Of a stretch of DNA of 64,000 nucleotides, positions 55,376 through 64,000 are shown piece by piece. The stretch is from Escherichia phage vB_EcoM_G9062. The translations under genes and the position numbers were made by a program. The DNA is taken from the sequence record NC_054920.1, one strand, 5' to 3'. Below the pieces are notes generated by a model. It had not been told where the DNA came from, did not search any database, and saw nothing but the letters and a program-made list of their open reading frames with translations. Positions within the stretch are counted from its first letter, which is position 1. The number at the start of each line of letters is the position of its first letter.

Positions 55376-55648
55376 TTATTTGTTCGTATACATCTCTAGA
55401 TATCGATATACACTCTCAAACCCCTCGTTGAATTCGTCGATGAGGGTTTTCTTATCTTCTTGGGTTAATTCAGAAACAATTTTACGGAATAAATTCTGAT
55501 TTAATTTTCTACCTTCATGCGTTACTCCAATCTCATTCAGAAATGCAATAAAATTAGCACGATTTTCAACAATATCTTCTCTGGAAAATTTAATCAAAAT
55601 AGATGCAACAGTAATAATTTCACGAACTGTATCAATGTTTTTATTCAT
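55376..55648 (-). CDS. asiA: Anti-sigma70 factor AsiA
   Basis: 90 aa, matches T4 AsiA. Confidence 0.92.
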   Translation of the reverse strand: MNKNIDTVREIITVASILIKFSREDIVENRANFIAFLNEIGVTHEGRKLNQNLFRKIVSELTQEDKKTLIDEFNEGFESVYRYLEMYTNK

Positions 55649-55660
55649 TAACTATACCAC

Positions 55661-55813
55661 TCAATTAGTTGACTTTGTTATAATATCATCAGACACTTGA
55701 TTTGTAAACTGGTCTGTGTTATTTTCTTCAAAAATTTTTTCTACGAATTCCTTGAACGACTCACGTTCCTGAGCTGCATTATGCTCGATTACCATTTCAA
55801 GATTATGACTCAT
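55661..55813 (-). CDS. Small acidic ORF between arn and asiA
   Basis: 50-aa ORF MSHNLEMVIEHNAAQERESF..., ATGA overlap with the arn stop; below track cutoff. Confidence 0.4.
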   Translation of the reverse strand: MSHNLEMVIEHNAAQERESFKEFVEKIFEENNTDQFTNQVSDDIITKSTN

Positions 55814-56088
55814 TCGAAATAATCTTCAATTTCGTAATCATGGACATAAATCATTATAGTTTTTAATACATCATCAATACTTTTTCCTGGAGCTGGAATT
55901 ACGTAAAAATATCCTGCTTTTGAGAGGTCTTTATAAGTTCCAACCAAGAAATCATTATTCTCGAGATGTAATTCTTCAACTAATTCATTAACAATTGAAT
56001 GGTATAAATTTGGTAGAAACTTATATAGCTTTTCTAGAATATCAATTTTGATTGTATATTGAACCACAGATTGAGAATCAATAATCAT
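55810..56088 (-). CDS. arn: Arn anti-restriction protein
   Basis: 92 aa, matches T4 Arn in length and sequence. Confidence 0.88.
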   Translation of the reverse strand: MIIDSQSVVQYTIKIDILEKLYKFLPNLYHSIVNELVEELHLENNDFLVGTYKDLSKAGYFYVIPAPGKSIDDVLKTIMIYVHDYEIEDYFE

Positions 56089-56197
56089 AGACCTTCCCCT
56101 TATGTTTCTGTTTGCGATTAGATTCTTTAAACGCTTTCTTCTTATCCTTATGAACAGAAGCTTTATTAAAATTATGTTTTGCGACTAAATTGTTCAT
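56078..56197 (-). CDS. Possible small basic ORF upstream of arn
   Basis: 39-aa Lys-rich ORF overlapping the arn start; below track cutoff. Confidence 0.3.
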   Translation of the reverse strand: MNNLVAKHNFNKASVHKDKKKAFKESNRKQKHKGKVYDY

Positions 56198-56390
56198 AGT
56201 GCTGAATTACCTCTCTTAAACATTTGCATGTGAATGAAAACTTTTTAGCTACACCACATTCAAATATATGTTCTCTTAAATCATGCGTGTCAGTATATCC
56301 CATCTCAACAATAAAATGTCTTATTAGATTTTTATCTTTATCATTGAGAGAATTAAAATAATCAGATTTTGAATTAATTTCCCTGGCCAA
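56172..56390 (-). CDS. Hypothetical protein
   Basis: 72-aa track ORF with TTG start; my by-eye reading of this line disagreed with the track frame by 1 nt. Confidence 0.4.
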   Translation of the reverse strand: MAREINSKSDYFNSLNDKDKNLIRHFIVEMGYTDTHDLREHIFECGVAKKFSFTCKCLREVIQHYEQFSRKT

Positions 56391-56670
56391 ATTGAATCAC
56401 CTTCAGTTGACGTTTTAGCTCTTTTATCATCTCTTCGTTCATCGCAATATAAAGATCGCGTAAAGCAGGTTTTATCATTCCATTTATTGGGGAACTAAAT
56501 GGGCATACATAATCTTTTCCTACGAGCTTTTTGGTGAATTCCATATCACAGAACTGAAATGCCGGTTCATTGGCATAAATTCCCCAATTAGTTGACATCA
56601 TTTTATTGGCATATTCCAACGCCTGGATTTGATTCTTAATTCCATCAATTTGAAACTTTTTAATATTCAT
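56374..56670 (-). CDS. Hypothetical protein
   Basis: 98-aa ORF with ATG start. Confidence 0.55.
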   Translation of the reverse strand: MNIKKFQIDGIKNQIQALEYANKMMSTNWGIYANEPAFQFCDMEFTKKLVGKDYVCPFSSPINGMIKPALRDLYIAMNEEMIKELKRQLKVIQFGQGN

Positions 56671-57131
56671 TAGTAAAGGTCCTCAGAGTAAAGTTCTTTT
56701 TCACTACCACCGCGTTCAATACGTACTTGTCCGGCGTAAGTTGCAATAATCATTGCTTCTTCACGTGTCCAGTAATTGCTATACTGATCAATAAACCCTT
56801 GGTCATCATCACAAACTTGCTGAGTAACTAATTGGGGTTTAACTACATCTAAAACTTCTGCCATATCTTTAGAATAATGACGAGCACCTGGAATAACAAG
56901 AGTTCGTCCATCTTTTAATTTAAAACGGTTGGCGGCACAAACAATTCGTCGTTGATACTTTTGGTTTTCATCCCAGTATGCGGTCTGCCAACAGATTTCA
57001 GGAACTTCTTTTAGAATATCTTCTTCTGTGCATTTATAACCATGCGCTTTAAATTTTTCAACAAGACTTTCTGGAGTTTCACGACATAAAGGAACATTCA
57101 GCATTTTTAAACGATTAATAAATGGGTTCAT
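56670..57131 (-). CDS. Hypothetical protein
   Basis: 153-aa ORF, overlapping junctions. Confidence 0.55.
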   Translation of the reverse strand: MNPFINRLKMLNVPLCRETPESLVEKFKAHGYKCTEEDILKEVPEICWQTAYWDENQKYQRRIVCAANRFKLKDGRTLVIPGARHYSKDMAEVLDVVKPQLVTQQVCDDDQGFIDQYSNYWTREEAMIIATYAGQVRIERGGSEKELYSEDLY

Positions 57132-57457
57132 TTAAACCATCCTTTAATACGTTGCCATAAAGTTTTCTGTTGAGCTTTGTTAACACCAATTGAACGAATA
57201 ACTGGTTGAGATTCCTGAAATTCTTTATAATCAGCAAGGTAAATTTCGTAAGCTGCATCCATAAATGAACTTATCGCTGCCATAAAATTATTGCGAATAC
57301 CTACTGGAGCATCTTTACTTTCACGAATAATCATGTATTTACCAGTCTTAATCTTTACGATAGTTCCAAGATAAGCTCCATGGTACCAGATGTCCCAACC
57401 CTCTTGAGTAGGTTCTACACAACGACGAAGTTCATTGACAATTTCTAACTTGTTCAT
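57128..57457 (-). CDS. Hypothetical protein
   Basis: 109-aa ORF. Confidence 0.55.
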   Translation of the reverse strand: MNKLEIVNELRRCVEPTQEGWDIWYHGAYLGTIVKIKTGKYMIIRESKDAPVGIRNNFMAAISSFMDAAYEIYLADYKEFQESQPVIRSIGVNKAQQKTLWQRIKGWFK

Positions 57458-57467
57458 TATTTATTCC

Positions 57468-58103
57468 TCACAGTTCAGATGCTACAGTGATTACAGCTTC
57501 AATGTTTTCTGCCGAGCGTTTAATGTCAAGATACACATTACCGTTTTTAGCGATTTTACATGACATTCCGATATCAGTAAATTTCTGAATATGATGTTCC
57601 ATCATTTTGTATCCAAAAATTCGCATATTTCCATTATTGTTAATTTCAAAATTACGAATTCCGTGAGTGCGTTTTTCTAAAATGGCAAGATAATTACTAC
57701 GATAAGTTTCAACCTTTTTAAGAACAAATCCATTTTCATCTAAAAGTTTTAACATGAGGTCTTTATCTTCTTCCATATCAGAAGTAATCTCACGAGCTTT
57801 ACGAGTTGCTCGTTTTTTCAGTAGTTCCGGAGCATTTTCCTGCGCGTATAAAGTTGCTGCGTTTGAAATAATATCTTGAGCTTCACCTGTAATGATTAAT
57901 CCATCACCAGATTTCTCCACCAGGCCTTTTTTAATCAATACCCCAATATTACTATTAACTACTGCGTTACCTAAATCTGGATGCACCTCACGAACTTCTG
58001 CAGCTGTAATGAAATCTTTCTTAGCAATGGTAATTAAAATCGCAGCAGTTTTTTCATTCAGAACATCGTTAGAAGCTTTGATGATGTAAGTTACTTTAGA
58101 CAT
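57468..58103 (-). CDS. motA: MotA middle-transcription activator
   Basis: 211 aa, matches T4 MotA. Confidence 0.92.
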   Translation of the reverse strand: MSKVTYIIKASNDVLNEKTAAILITIAKKDFITAAEVREVHPDLGNAVVNSNIGVLIKKGLVEKSGDGLIITGEAQDIISNAATLYAQENAPELLKKRATRKAREITSDMEEDKDLMLKLLDENGFVLKKVETYRSNYLAILEKRTHGIRNFEINNNGNMRIFGYKMMEHHIQKFTDIGMSCKIAKNGNVYLDIKRSAENIEAVITVASEL

Positions 58104-58136
58104 TTTAATCTCCGTTTCAGTTCATTTATTTGATAG

Positions 58137-58170
58137 GTCTATAGTATCATGTTTAAAGCAGAAGTAAACA
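58137..58170 (-). promoter_or_regulatory. T4-type early promoter for motA
   Basis: Minus strand GTTTAC, ~17 nt, TGaTACTATAG, then SD ggaga. Confidence 0.55.
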
Positions 58171-58207
58171 CTTTTTGCACTCTTTTTCAAGAGCTCTAAT
58201 AAAGTAC

Positions 58208-58435
58208 TTACTTAATGTTCAGATTACGAACTTCGATTTCGTCTTCATGGGCAAAATCAAACTGTTTGAATTCTGTGTCACCTTTAAATTTAAAAATCAT
58301 TGTGAAGAAAGTCAGAACACCAGGTTTTTCTTCACGAACTCCACAGATATCATATTCAATACCATCTACAACCAGTTTGTTAGCAGTCAGAGCATTTTTA
58401 GCTTTAACAATTTCGTTTTCGATTTTAAATTTCAT
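58208..58435 (-). CDS. Hypothetical protein
   Basis: 75-aa ORF with SD ggaga; early promoter upstream. Confidence 0.6.
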   Translation of the reverse strand: MKFKIENEIVKAKNALTANKLVVDGIEYDICGVREEKPGVLTFFTMIFKFKGDTEFKQFDFAHEDEIEVRNLNIK

Positions 58436-58480
58436 TTTTTGTATCTCCGGGTTGTTTGTTTCAGTTCATTTATTTGATAG

Positions 58481-58514
58481 TTGTATAGTACCACAGTATG
58501 CTTTGGTTGTAAAC
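58481..58514 (-). promoter_or_regulatory. T4-type early promoter
   Basis: Minus strand GTTTAC, ~17 nt, gGTACTATAC. Confidence 0.5.
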
Positions 58515-58545
58515 CGTTTTGTGAAAAAATTTTTGAAATAAAAAA

Positions 58546-58567
58546 GGGAGAGCCGAGGCTCTCCCTA
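58546..58567 (-). terminator. Rho-independent terminator
   Basis: gggagagcc-tcg-gctctccc followed by T6 on the minus strand. Confidence 0.6.
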
Positions 58568-58570
58568 AAA

Positions 58571-58720
58571 TTACTGCATGACTGTGATAACTGTCATGAT
58601 AACACGTTGAATTCCGAACGCAAGAAGACCTCCTGCTACGGCAGGAACAACACCTAAACCCGCCAGTAAAATGCCACCAGATACTAATGCAGCGCTTGTG
58701 ATACCAATGAATGGACTCAT
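58571..58720 (-). CDS. Small glycine-zipper membrane peptide
   Basis: 49-aa ORF MSPFIGITSAALVSGGILLAGLGVVPAVAGGLLAFG...; ATGA overlap with gene 52 stop. Confidence 0.45.
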   Translation of the reverse strand: MSPFIGITSAALVSGGILLAGLGVVPAVAGGLLAFGIQRVIMTVITVMQ

Positions 58721-60045
58721 TTGATTTCCTCTAAATCTTTGGTGTATTCTGTAACTACATCAGTAGTTTTCCAATATTCGTTTTCTTCTTTTTTGGCTTT
58801 AGCTTCTTCAGCAAGTTTCTTTGCTTCGTCGGAAGTCATATGAAAAATGTTCATTCCAACTAGTTTATCAACATAAGAAGAATACATATCAATTTTAGAA
58901 AGTTCTTCGGTCAGTTCTTTGCGAGTTTTACCTTGTACAACAATTTCACCTGAAATTACTTTCTTAATGAAATGTGCCTTGGCAAAAGCTAAACGAAATG
59001 CTGATTCAGTTTCTTTGATTTTGTTATCAATTCGTTTTTGGACATAAGTTTTACGAACTTCAACGAAGTCTTTGATTAAATCAACTACATTATCGTAAAC
59101 TTGCAGCTTTCCTTTCTCATTAATGACGGTAATATTCTGGGAACGACGCTCAATCAACCCGAAGTCTTTCATAATTTTTGCATGGCGTTCTTCTTCATTA
59201 TCGCTCAAAGAGTATTCTTTTCGGAATTTAACTTTGAAGCCAAAGCCATGCTCACCACAAGCATCATCCCATGTAATGAAGCCTTTATCTTCAAGCGGGT
59301 CTAAGATTTTACTCACATAAGTTTCACGATCATACTTATATGGAATCTCAGTGATATGCATTTGAGTTCGTGAAGTAAACTTATATGTTCCACGAATTTC
59401 ATATTGCCCATCAATTTCAACGACTTCACCACGAAATTCTGGGAATTCTACCTTCGGTTTAGTTACTTTCTTTCCTTGAAGAGCTTGCAGTACAGCTTTC
59501 TTGACAGAAGAAACACTATGAGGAAGAATGTAAGTTGCATAACCAGTTGCAATACCGGAAACGCCATTAAGAAGAACAGTAGGAATAATAGGCAAATAGA
59601 AAGCAGGCGGAATGTGTTCTTTATCTTGATGTACTGGAGCATATTCAGTATCTTTATATACGTTATAGAAATTTTTACTTACACGAGCAAAAATATAACG
59701 ACTTGCTGCTGCCTTTTGGACAGTACGAGAACCAAAGTTTCCTTGACCGTCTAACAGAGGAAAGTTATTATTCCAAGTGTTAGCCATCAAAGCACCTGCG
59801 TCTTGCGCAGAGTTTTCACCATGATGATATCCAAGGTCCGCTACACCGCCTGCGATAGAAGCGAGTTTGTGAAACTTATCTTTATTTCCTCGTGCCAAAT
59901 CAAGAGCTCGAGCAATAACAAATCGTTGAACTGGCTTAAATCCGTCAATCATATTTGGAATGGCACGATTTTCAACCGTGTACATAGCATAAGCCAATGC
60001 TTCATTATCAATGATACTTTTTAAATCACGATTATTCAGTTGCAT
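58717..60045 (-). CDS. 52: DNA topoisomerase II medium subunit gp52
   Basis: 442 aa, as T4 gp52. Confidence 0.92.
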   Translation of the reverse strand: MQLNNRDLKSIIDNEALAYAMYTVENRAIPNMIDGFKPVQRFVIARALDLARGNKDKFHKLASIAGGVADLGYHHGENSAQDAGALMANTWNNNFPLLDGQGNFGSRTVQKAAASRYIFARVSKNFYNVYKDTEYAPVHQDKEHIPPAFYLPIIPTVLLNGVSGIATGYATYILPHSVSSVKKAVLQALQGKKVTKPKVEFPEFRGEVVEIDGQYEIRGTYKFTSRTQMHITEIPYKYDRETYVSKILDPLEDKGFITWDDACGEHGFGFKVKFRKEYSLSDNEEERHAKIMKDFGLIERRSQNITVINEKGKLQVYDNVVDLIKDFVEVRKTYVQKRIDNKIKETESAFRLAFAKAHFIKKVISGEIVVQGKTRKELTEELSKIDMYSSYVDKLVGMNIFHMTSDEAKKLAEEAKAKKEENEYWKTTDVVTEYTKDLEEIK

Positions 60046-60049
60046 AAAT

Positions 60050-60190
60050 TTACCATACTAGTGAATGTAGTGCCATAATAACATCAGAAATGAAAAGCAC
60101 GACTTGAATTAATCCGAACATTATTCCGTAATATAATGCTATCAATAAAATAGCAAGGGCTAATGAATAGCCCAAGATTTTCTTAATCAT
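60050..60190 (-). CDS. Small hydrophobic membrane peptide
   Basis: 46-aa ORF MIKKILGYSLALAILLIALYYGIMFGLIQVVLF...; below track cutoff. Confidence 0.4.
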   Translation of the reverse strand: MIKKILGYSLALAILLIALYYGIMFGLIQVVLFISDVIMALHSLVW

Positions 60191-60341
60191 TAGTAGATAA
60201 CAACACAAATGTTAAATATGCACACATACCCTGAGCTAAAGCTTGCGAAAACACACTGCTGGCATCAATACAGATAGTTAAAACACATGCTACTATCCAA
60301 CAAATAAATGAAATAACTCCTAATAATTTTGCGATATTCAT
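60183..60341 (-). CDS. Small hydrophobic membrane peptide
   Basis: 52-aa ORF MNIAKLLGVISFICWIVACVLTICIDASS...; below track cutoff. Confidence 0.4.
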   Translation of the reverse strand: MNIAKLLGVISFICWIVACVLTICIDASSVFSQALAQGMCAYLTFVLLSTND

Positions 60342-60348
60342 ATTTTCC

Positions 60349-60429
60349 TCACTGGCGTCCGAAGACGCCTTTAGTTTTAAGATTATTACGATAGAACTGC
60401 ATCACGTGTTCGTTGTGGAAATTACTCAT
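60349..60429 (-). CDS. stp: Stp peptide (26 aa)
   Basis: Encodes [26 protein letters not shown], which I recognise as T4 Stp; start overlaps the ndd stop. Confidence 0.8.
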
Positions 60430-60887
60430 TAATATGCCTGCAAAACGAATTTAAAATTATCAGCCAACATACGGTTCATTTCTTCAAGTGTTTGATACTC
60501 AGAATGATGATTACGAGTAAACGCTAAAGCTAACTGTCCTTTTCCAAATCCCGTCGTCAGAGGTTTCATCTTAGAAGCAGGCAGATAAAATACTGTGTAT
60601 ACCATATTGTTATTTGCAATAGTACGTGCAAGCTGAGACCGACGTTGACGAATATGACTTAGAACTGCACTGAATCCTTGCTTAGAACGCTGATTACCTA
60701 CATAAAATCGTGCAGACACACATGGATTACTAAATGGACGACCATCTAATTTACTTACTAAAAAATAAAATCCAGGTTTAGATAAAATATCTTTATGCGG
60801 AGTTCCCAAAAACCACTCACCACCCTTGATTGTACCAATAACAGTAGCTCCTGCATTATTCAGATCAGTAACAGTCATGTATTTCAT
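60429..60887 (-). CDS. ndd: Ndd nucleoid disruption protein
   Basis: 152 aa from [18 protein letters not shown]... with SD gagga; track ORF extends upstream. Confidence 0.88.
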
Positions 60888-60947
60888 ATTAATTTCCTCT
60901 AAATTATTTTCTACTCCAAGGCCGCATGAATACACGCGGCCATTAAA

Positions 60948-61163
60948 TTAATCGTCGCAGTCGACGCTCAATTCCCAAAACTCTTCTACAGTATAAGTTT
61001 CAGTATCATTTTCAATACAGAAACGTTCATTACTGTTATTTGCTAAAGTAGCATTAACTGTCGGTTTCTCGCTAGTGCTCTTAAGAGGTGAAATACGAAT
61101 TAACTGATCACCGTTATCTAAACAGAAAATTTCACCAACTTTTACATCTTTAAAACTTTTCAT
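60948..61163 (-). CDS. Hypothetical protein
   Basis: 71-aa ORF. Confidence 0.5.
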   Translation of the reverse strand: MKSFKDVKVGEIFCLDNGDQLIRISPLKSTSEKPTVNATLANNSNERFCIENDTETYTVEEFWELSVDCDD

Positions 61164-61278
61164 AATTCACCTCAAGGAGTATAAAATCCAAACGCAGTTG
61201 TTGACCATCCCATCCAATATGGAAAATTTGCACCAATGTAAAACATAAGAATATAAAACCAACCGCTCAGCAAATTCA

Positions 61279-61497
61279 TCATTTTACACCATTCCAAATT
61301 GTTTCAACCACGGATTTTAAACCATTTTGATGAATATCAATTCCGACTACTGTCATCAAATAGATTCCAACTACAACTGAACCTAAGGCAAAAATCAGCA
61401 TGAAAATGAATAAAGCCGGAAAAATATTATCGAAAAACCATTCAATAAATGTAAAAGCACTGCGTTTACGCTTCATATTTTCCTCACATAAATCCAA
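61279..61497 (-). CDS. Small membrane protein
   Basis: 72-aa ORF with two predicted TM segments. Confidence 0.5.
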   Translation of the reverse strand: MDLCEENMKRKRSAFTFIEWFFDNIFPALFIFMLIFALGSVVVGIYLMTVVGIDIHQNGLKSVVETIWNGVK

Positions 61498-61597
61498 AGT
61501 AAGCGTTTAATACATCAATCATTAAAACGATTGGGAATATACTCAAAACTACTAGTATTATAACTACATTCCATATAGCTTTAACAATCTTTTTCAT
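61484..61597 (-). CDS. Small membrane peptide
   Basis: 37 aa from the ATG preceded by SD ggaggaac (MKKIVKAIWNVVIILVVLSIF...). Confidence 0.45.
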   Translation of the reverse strand: MKKIVKAIWNVVIILVVLSIFPIVLMIDVLNAYFGFM

Positions 61598-61620
61598 TTT
61601 CTGTTCCTCCGTAGTTGATA

Positions 61621-61654
61621 GGTAATAGTACCACGGAAGAACAGTCTTGTAAAC
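61621..61654 (-). promoter_or_regulatory. T4-type early promoter
   Basis: Minus strand GTTTAC, ~17 nt, gGTACTATTAC. Confidence 0.5.
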
Positions 61655-61839
61655 AACTTTTTTAAAAATATTCGTAATAAATGTGAATACCAACTACTAC
61701 CGCTGAAACCTGTGCAACCCACCACGCACAAGCAATAAGTACAGAATTCAAAATTTTCATAATAACCTCATTACAAAAGTAAATGTTAAACAAATTAATG
61801 GAATACTAATTAACCAAACAAAACACCACCATAATGAAC

Positions 61840-62103
61840 TCATAGTTCAATCTCAGCGATTTTCATTTCATTATTGTTAATAGCATTTTTAAGACTATCC
61901 GAAAGAATTACATTCCAGTGGTCATTCATATGACCATTAACTAAGCGTGTAATTTCTTCGGGAGTTGAAAAATAAGGCGTATCAGACTCCCAATGCGATA
62001 ATCCTAAGCGAGTATAAATCATGCCTTCATCATCGCTAGAATATTCAACTGACACAAACTCATCAGTTATTTTATGTTTAGCGTAATAAAATTTAAATTT
62101 CAT
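61840..62103 (-). CDS. Hypothetical protein
   Basis: 87 aa from the internal ATG with SD ggagag; the longer track ORF reads through the promoter. Confidence 0.5.
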   Translation of the reverse strand: MKFKFYYAKHKITDEFVSVEYSSDDEGMIYTRLGLSHWESDTPYFSTPEEITRLVNGHMNDHWNVILSDSLKNAINNNEMKIAEIEL

Positions 62104-62132
62104 TTTACTCTCCAAATCCGTATCAGTTGATA

Positions 62133-62168
62133 GTTGTATAGTACCACGGTCCTTGTGGTATGTAAACC
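62133..62168 (-). promoter_or_regulatory. T4-type early promoter
   Basis: Minus strand GTTTAC, ~17 nt, gGTACTATAC. Confidence 0.5.
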
Positions 62169-62183
62169 ATTTTGTGAAATTTT

Positions 62184-62741
62184 TTAAATGGAAAGATACC
62201 ATCCGCTGTAGTTGCTTTTTCTTACAACCTTACGAAGGTCTTCTCTATCACCGATGAACTTCGGAGTGTATTGGATGACACCTGGATGAATTTCTTTAGT
62301 GTTGAATATAATTATACAGTCAGCGACTTGATGATTTAGAATGGGCCCTAGATTTATTCCAGAACCATATGGATACTCTCCGCTGCATCCTGTTGTCACC
62401 GAAATCCAACGTGAGTCAGTTTGATGTGTCTTAACTTCTACACGAAGCCCGCAGTATCTTGGATGCGCCAATACATCCCATGCATATGTGTACGGATCAT
62501 CGACATCTTCTTGACCTTTGTTAACATACCCGCTCAGCCAATCTGCTACAAAAAACTCTGCGTACACAGCGATACGGCATCTTTCGATAACTTCTGCCTT
62601 ATCCTGATTTGGGTTTTGTTTTAAAGAGTATCTTGCAGTATCAACAATTTTGACCTTCATTTCACTAGTCAAGTCACTGTTCGATAGGGTAAATGTCGGA
62701 ATCTGAAATAGTCTCTGTAACCCCGGATTCGTTTTCTGCAT
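62184..62741 (-). CDS. denB: Endonuclease IV
   Basis: 185 aa, matches T4 DenB. Confidence 0.9.
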   Translation of the reverse strand: MQKTNPGLQRLFQIPTFTLSNSDLTSEMKVKIVDTARYSLKQNPNQDKAEVIERCRIAVYAEFFVADWLSGYVNKGQEDVDDPYTYAWDVLAHPRYCGLRVEVKTHQTDSRWISVTTGCSGEYPYGSGINLGPILNHQVADCIIIFNTKEIHPGVIQYTPKFIGDREDLRKVVRKSNYSGWYLSI

Positions 62742-62808
62742 TTAAACTTTCCTTTTATGTCTGAATCACTGGTATTCATATAATAAATCATAATTTCTCT
62801 TAAAACAA

Positions 62809-62824
62809 AAGGGCCGAAGCCCTT
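62809..62824 (-). terminator. GC hairpin (copy 1 of a repeated hairpin)
   Basis: aagggc-cgaa-gccctt with T-rich flanks. Confidence 0.45.
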
Positions 62825-62827
62825 ATT

Positions 62828-63022
62828 TTATTTGAATTGTGCAATTCTTTTCTCTAGACATTCAGCATAAGATTTCATTGAGATAAACTGCGAAAGTAAC
62901 AGTTCTTGCTCAACTGCATTAACTGTTAGAAACTTTGCGCTTTCTAAAAATTTGCTCAGTGCATTAATTTTGAGCATTAATTGATCGTATTCTTCTTTTA
63001 CTCGTGCTTGATAACCTAACAT
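62828..63022 (-). CDS. Hypothetical 64-aa protein
   Basis: ATG ORF bracketed by two near-identical hairpins. Confidence 0.5.
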   Translation of the reverse strand: MLGYQARVKEEYDQLMLKINALSKFLESAKFLTVNAVEQELLLSQFISMKSYAECLEKRIAQFK

Positions 63023-63039
63023 AATTTTCCTCAGTTAAG

Positions 63040-63055
63040 GGCCGAAGCCCTTATT
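63040..63055 (-). terminator. GC hairpin (copy 2), overlapping the rIIB 3' end
   Basis: Same aagggc-cgaa-gccctt stem as at 62809. Confidence 0.35.
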
Positions 63056-63989
63056 TAAATTGTTCAGTAACGTCTTCAACTACTTCGTATTGGCAGGTAC
63101 GCATTTTAGCATCGTTGTAATCAATCGGAATTGATACTACATCACGCGGATGTACTTTAACTTTTACAACTCGGCTAGTTGAACTGCCAAAGTGACGAAT
63201 ATAAGATTTAGAACACACATGCAGACCGCGAGAACAAGTTTGTGTATCATCGTCATTCACACGAGTACGTGGCATTTTAACTACTTTACCAGGGCTGTTA
63301 TCAAAAGTATTTGAATGACAGTCAAAGTAATTACTGCGAACTACTTTCCAAGCATAGAAGTAACCGTCTTCTGTAATTTCAATATCGTTTGCTACCAAGA
63401 AATCAAAGAGTCGAGATACCGCTTTTTGGCTTGGGTTTTCCAACAGATTTTCCAAGAACGGAAAATAGAATTCAAAGTTTTCGCCTTTTTCCATCGAGTC
63501 AAGAATACGATCAACCAAACCAGATCGCAATTCAATATTTTGATAGAACAAGCTTCCACCTTCAATTCGAACATCGCCGGAAATATATTTTTCAACAGCG
63601 CGACGAACATTAATTTTTTGTGCCGCTTCTTCCAACTTATCCGCTACAAGCAGATTAAGAATTTCCTGGAAGTTTGAATGAGTATTAGGAGTTGCGTTAT
63701 AAGTTACACCGTCAACAGTAATTGAAATGAATTTTTTAGATGCATTCCAAATAATGTCAGATTTAGCAACTGGAGCAATAACTGCATCGCTATTAACTTT
63801 AACTGTAATATCACCGCTAATAGTAACTTTAGAGCGTTTAGCTTCTTCAGCATTTTTCAAAACACGACGAATTGTGTCAACCGATACACCTTGCCAATCA
63901 GCCAATTCCTGTTGGGTGTAATTACCACTTGAATACAATTTAACAATTTCAGCTTGTTCGTTTTTGGTCAGGCATTTAATATTGTACAT
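63051..63989 (-). CDS. rIIB: RIIB rapid-lysis protein
   Basis: 312 aa, matches T4 rIIB; start 11 nt from the window end. Confidence 0.92.
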   Translation of the reverse strand: MYNIKCLTKNEQAEIVKLYSSGNYTQQELADWQGVSVDTIRRVLKNAEEAKRSKVTISGDITVKVNSDAVIAPVAKSDIIWNASKKFISITVDGVTYNATPNTHSNFQEILNLLVADKLEEAAQKINVRRAVEKYISGDVRIEGGSLFYQNIELRSGLVDRILDSMEKGENFEFYFPFLENLLENPSQKAVSRLFDFLVANDIEITEDGYFYAWKVVRSNYFDCHSNTFDNSPGKVVKMPRTRVNDDDTQTCSRGLHVCSKSYIRHFGSSTSRVVKVKVHPRDVVSIPIDYNDAKMRTCQYEVVEDVTEQFK

Positions 63990-64000
63990 AATTTTCCTTA

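Noticed and set aside
60355-60370. Plus-strand terminator inside stp
   Set aside because: The hairpin lies within the minus-strand stp coding sequence and no plus-strand gene is nearby; kept only as a note in the stp finding.

Overview
This 64 kb window is a contiguous segment of a T-even (T4-like, Tequatrovirus-type) myovirus genome, collinear with the T4 map from the 3' end of gene 23 to rIIB. I recognise most proteins from memory of T4 sequences; no database search was run. Plus-strand late genes: 23 (C-terminus), 24, uvsW, baseplate hub 51-27-28-29-48-54, long tail fibre 34-35-36-37, adhesin 38 and holin t. Minus-strand early/middle and late genes: rnlB, hoc, inh, uvsY, 25, 26, alt region, DNA ligase 30 and 30.x ORFs, rIII, 31, cd, pseT, spanins, alc, rnlA, denA, nrdB, mobE, nrdA, td, frd, 32, 59, 33, dsbA, rnh, asiA, arn, motA, 52, stp, ndd, denB, rIIB. 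Canonical T4 late promoters (TATAAATA), GTTTAC-type early promoters and GC hairpin terminators are visible. Differences from T4 as I recall it: two full-length Alt-type ADP-ribosyltransferase genes in tandem; Hoc with a duplicated Ig-like domain; a T2-type glycine-rich gp38 adhesin following a gp37 with a C-terminal self-cleaving chaperone-like domain; a 115-aa ORF inserted between td and frd; intronless td and nrdB with an HNH homing endonuclease between nrdA and nrdB; a 54-bp early promoter/leader present in two identical copies. No tRNA, rRNA, CRISPR or integrase was found. The genome is overwhelmingly well-described biology; the findings are accessory or divergent loci, not a clearly novel system. 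Coordinates of promoters, hairpins and small ORFs that I derived by eye may be off by a few nt.
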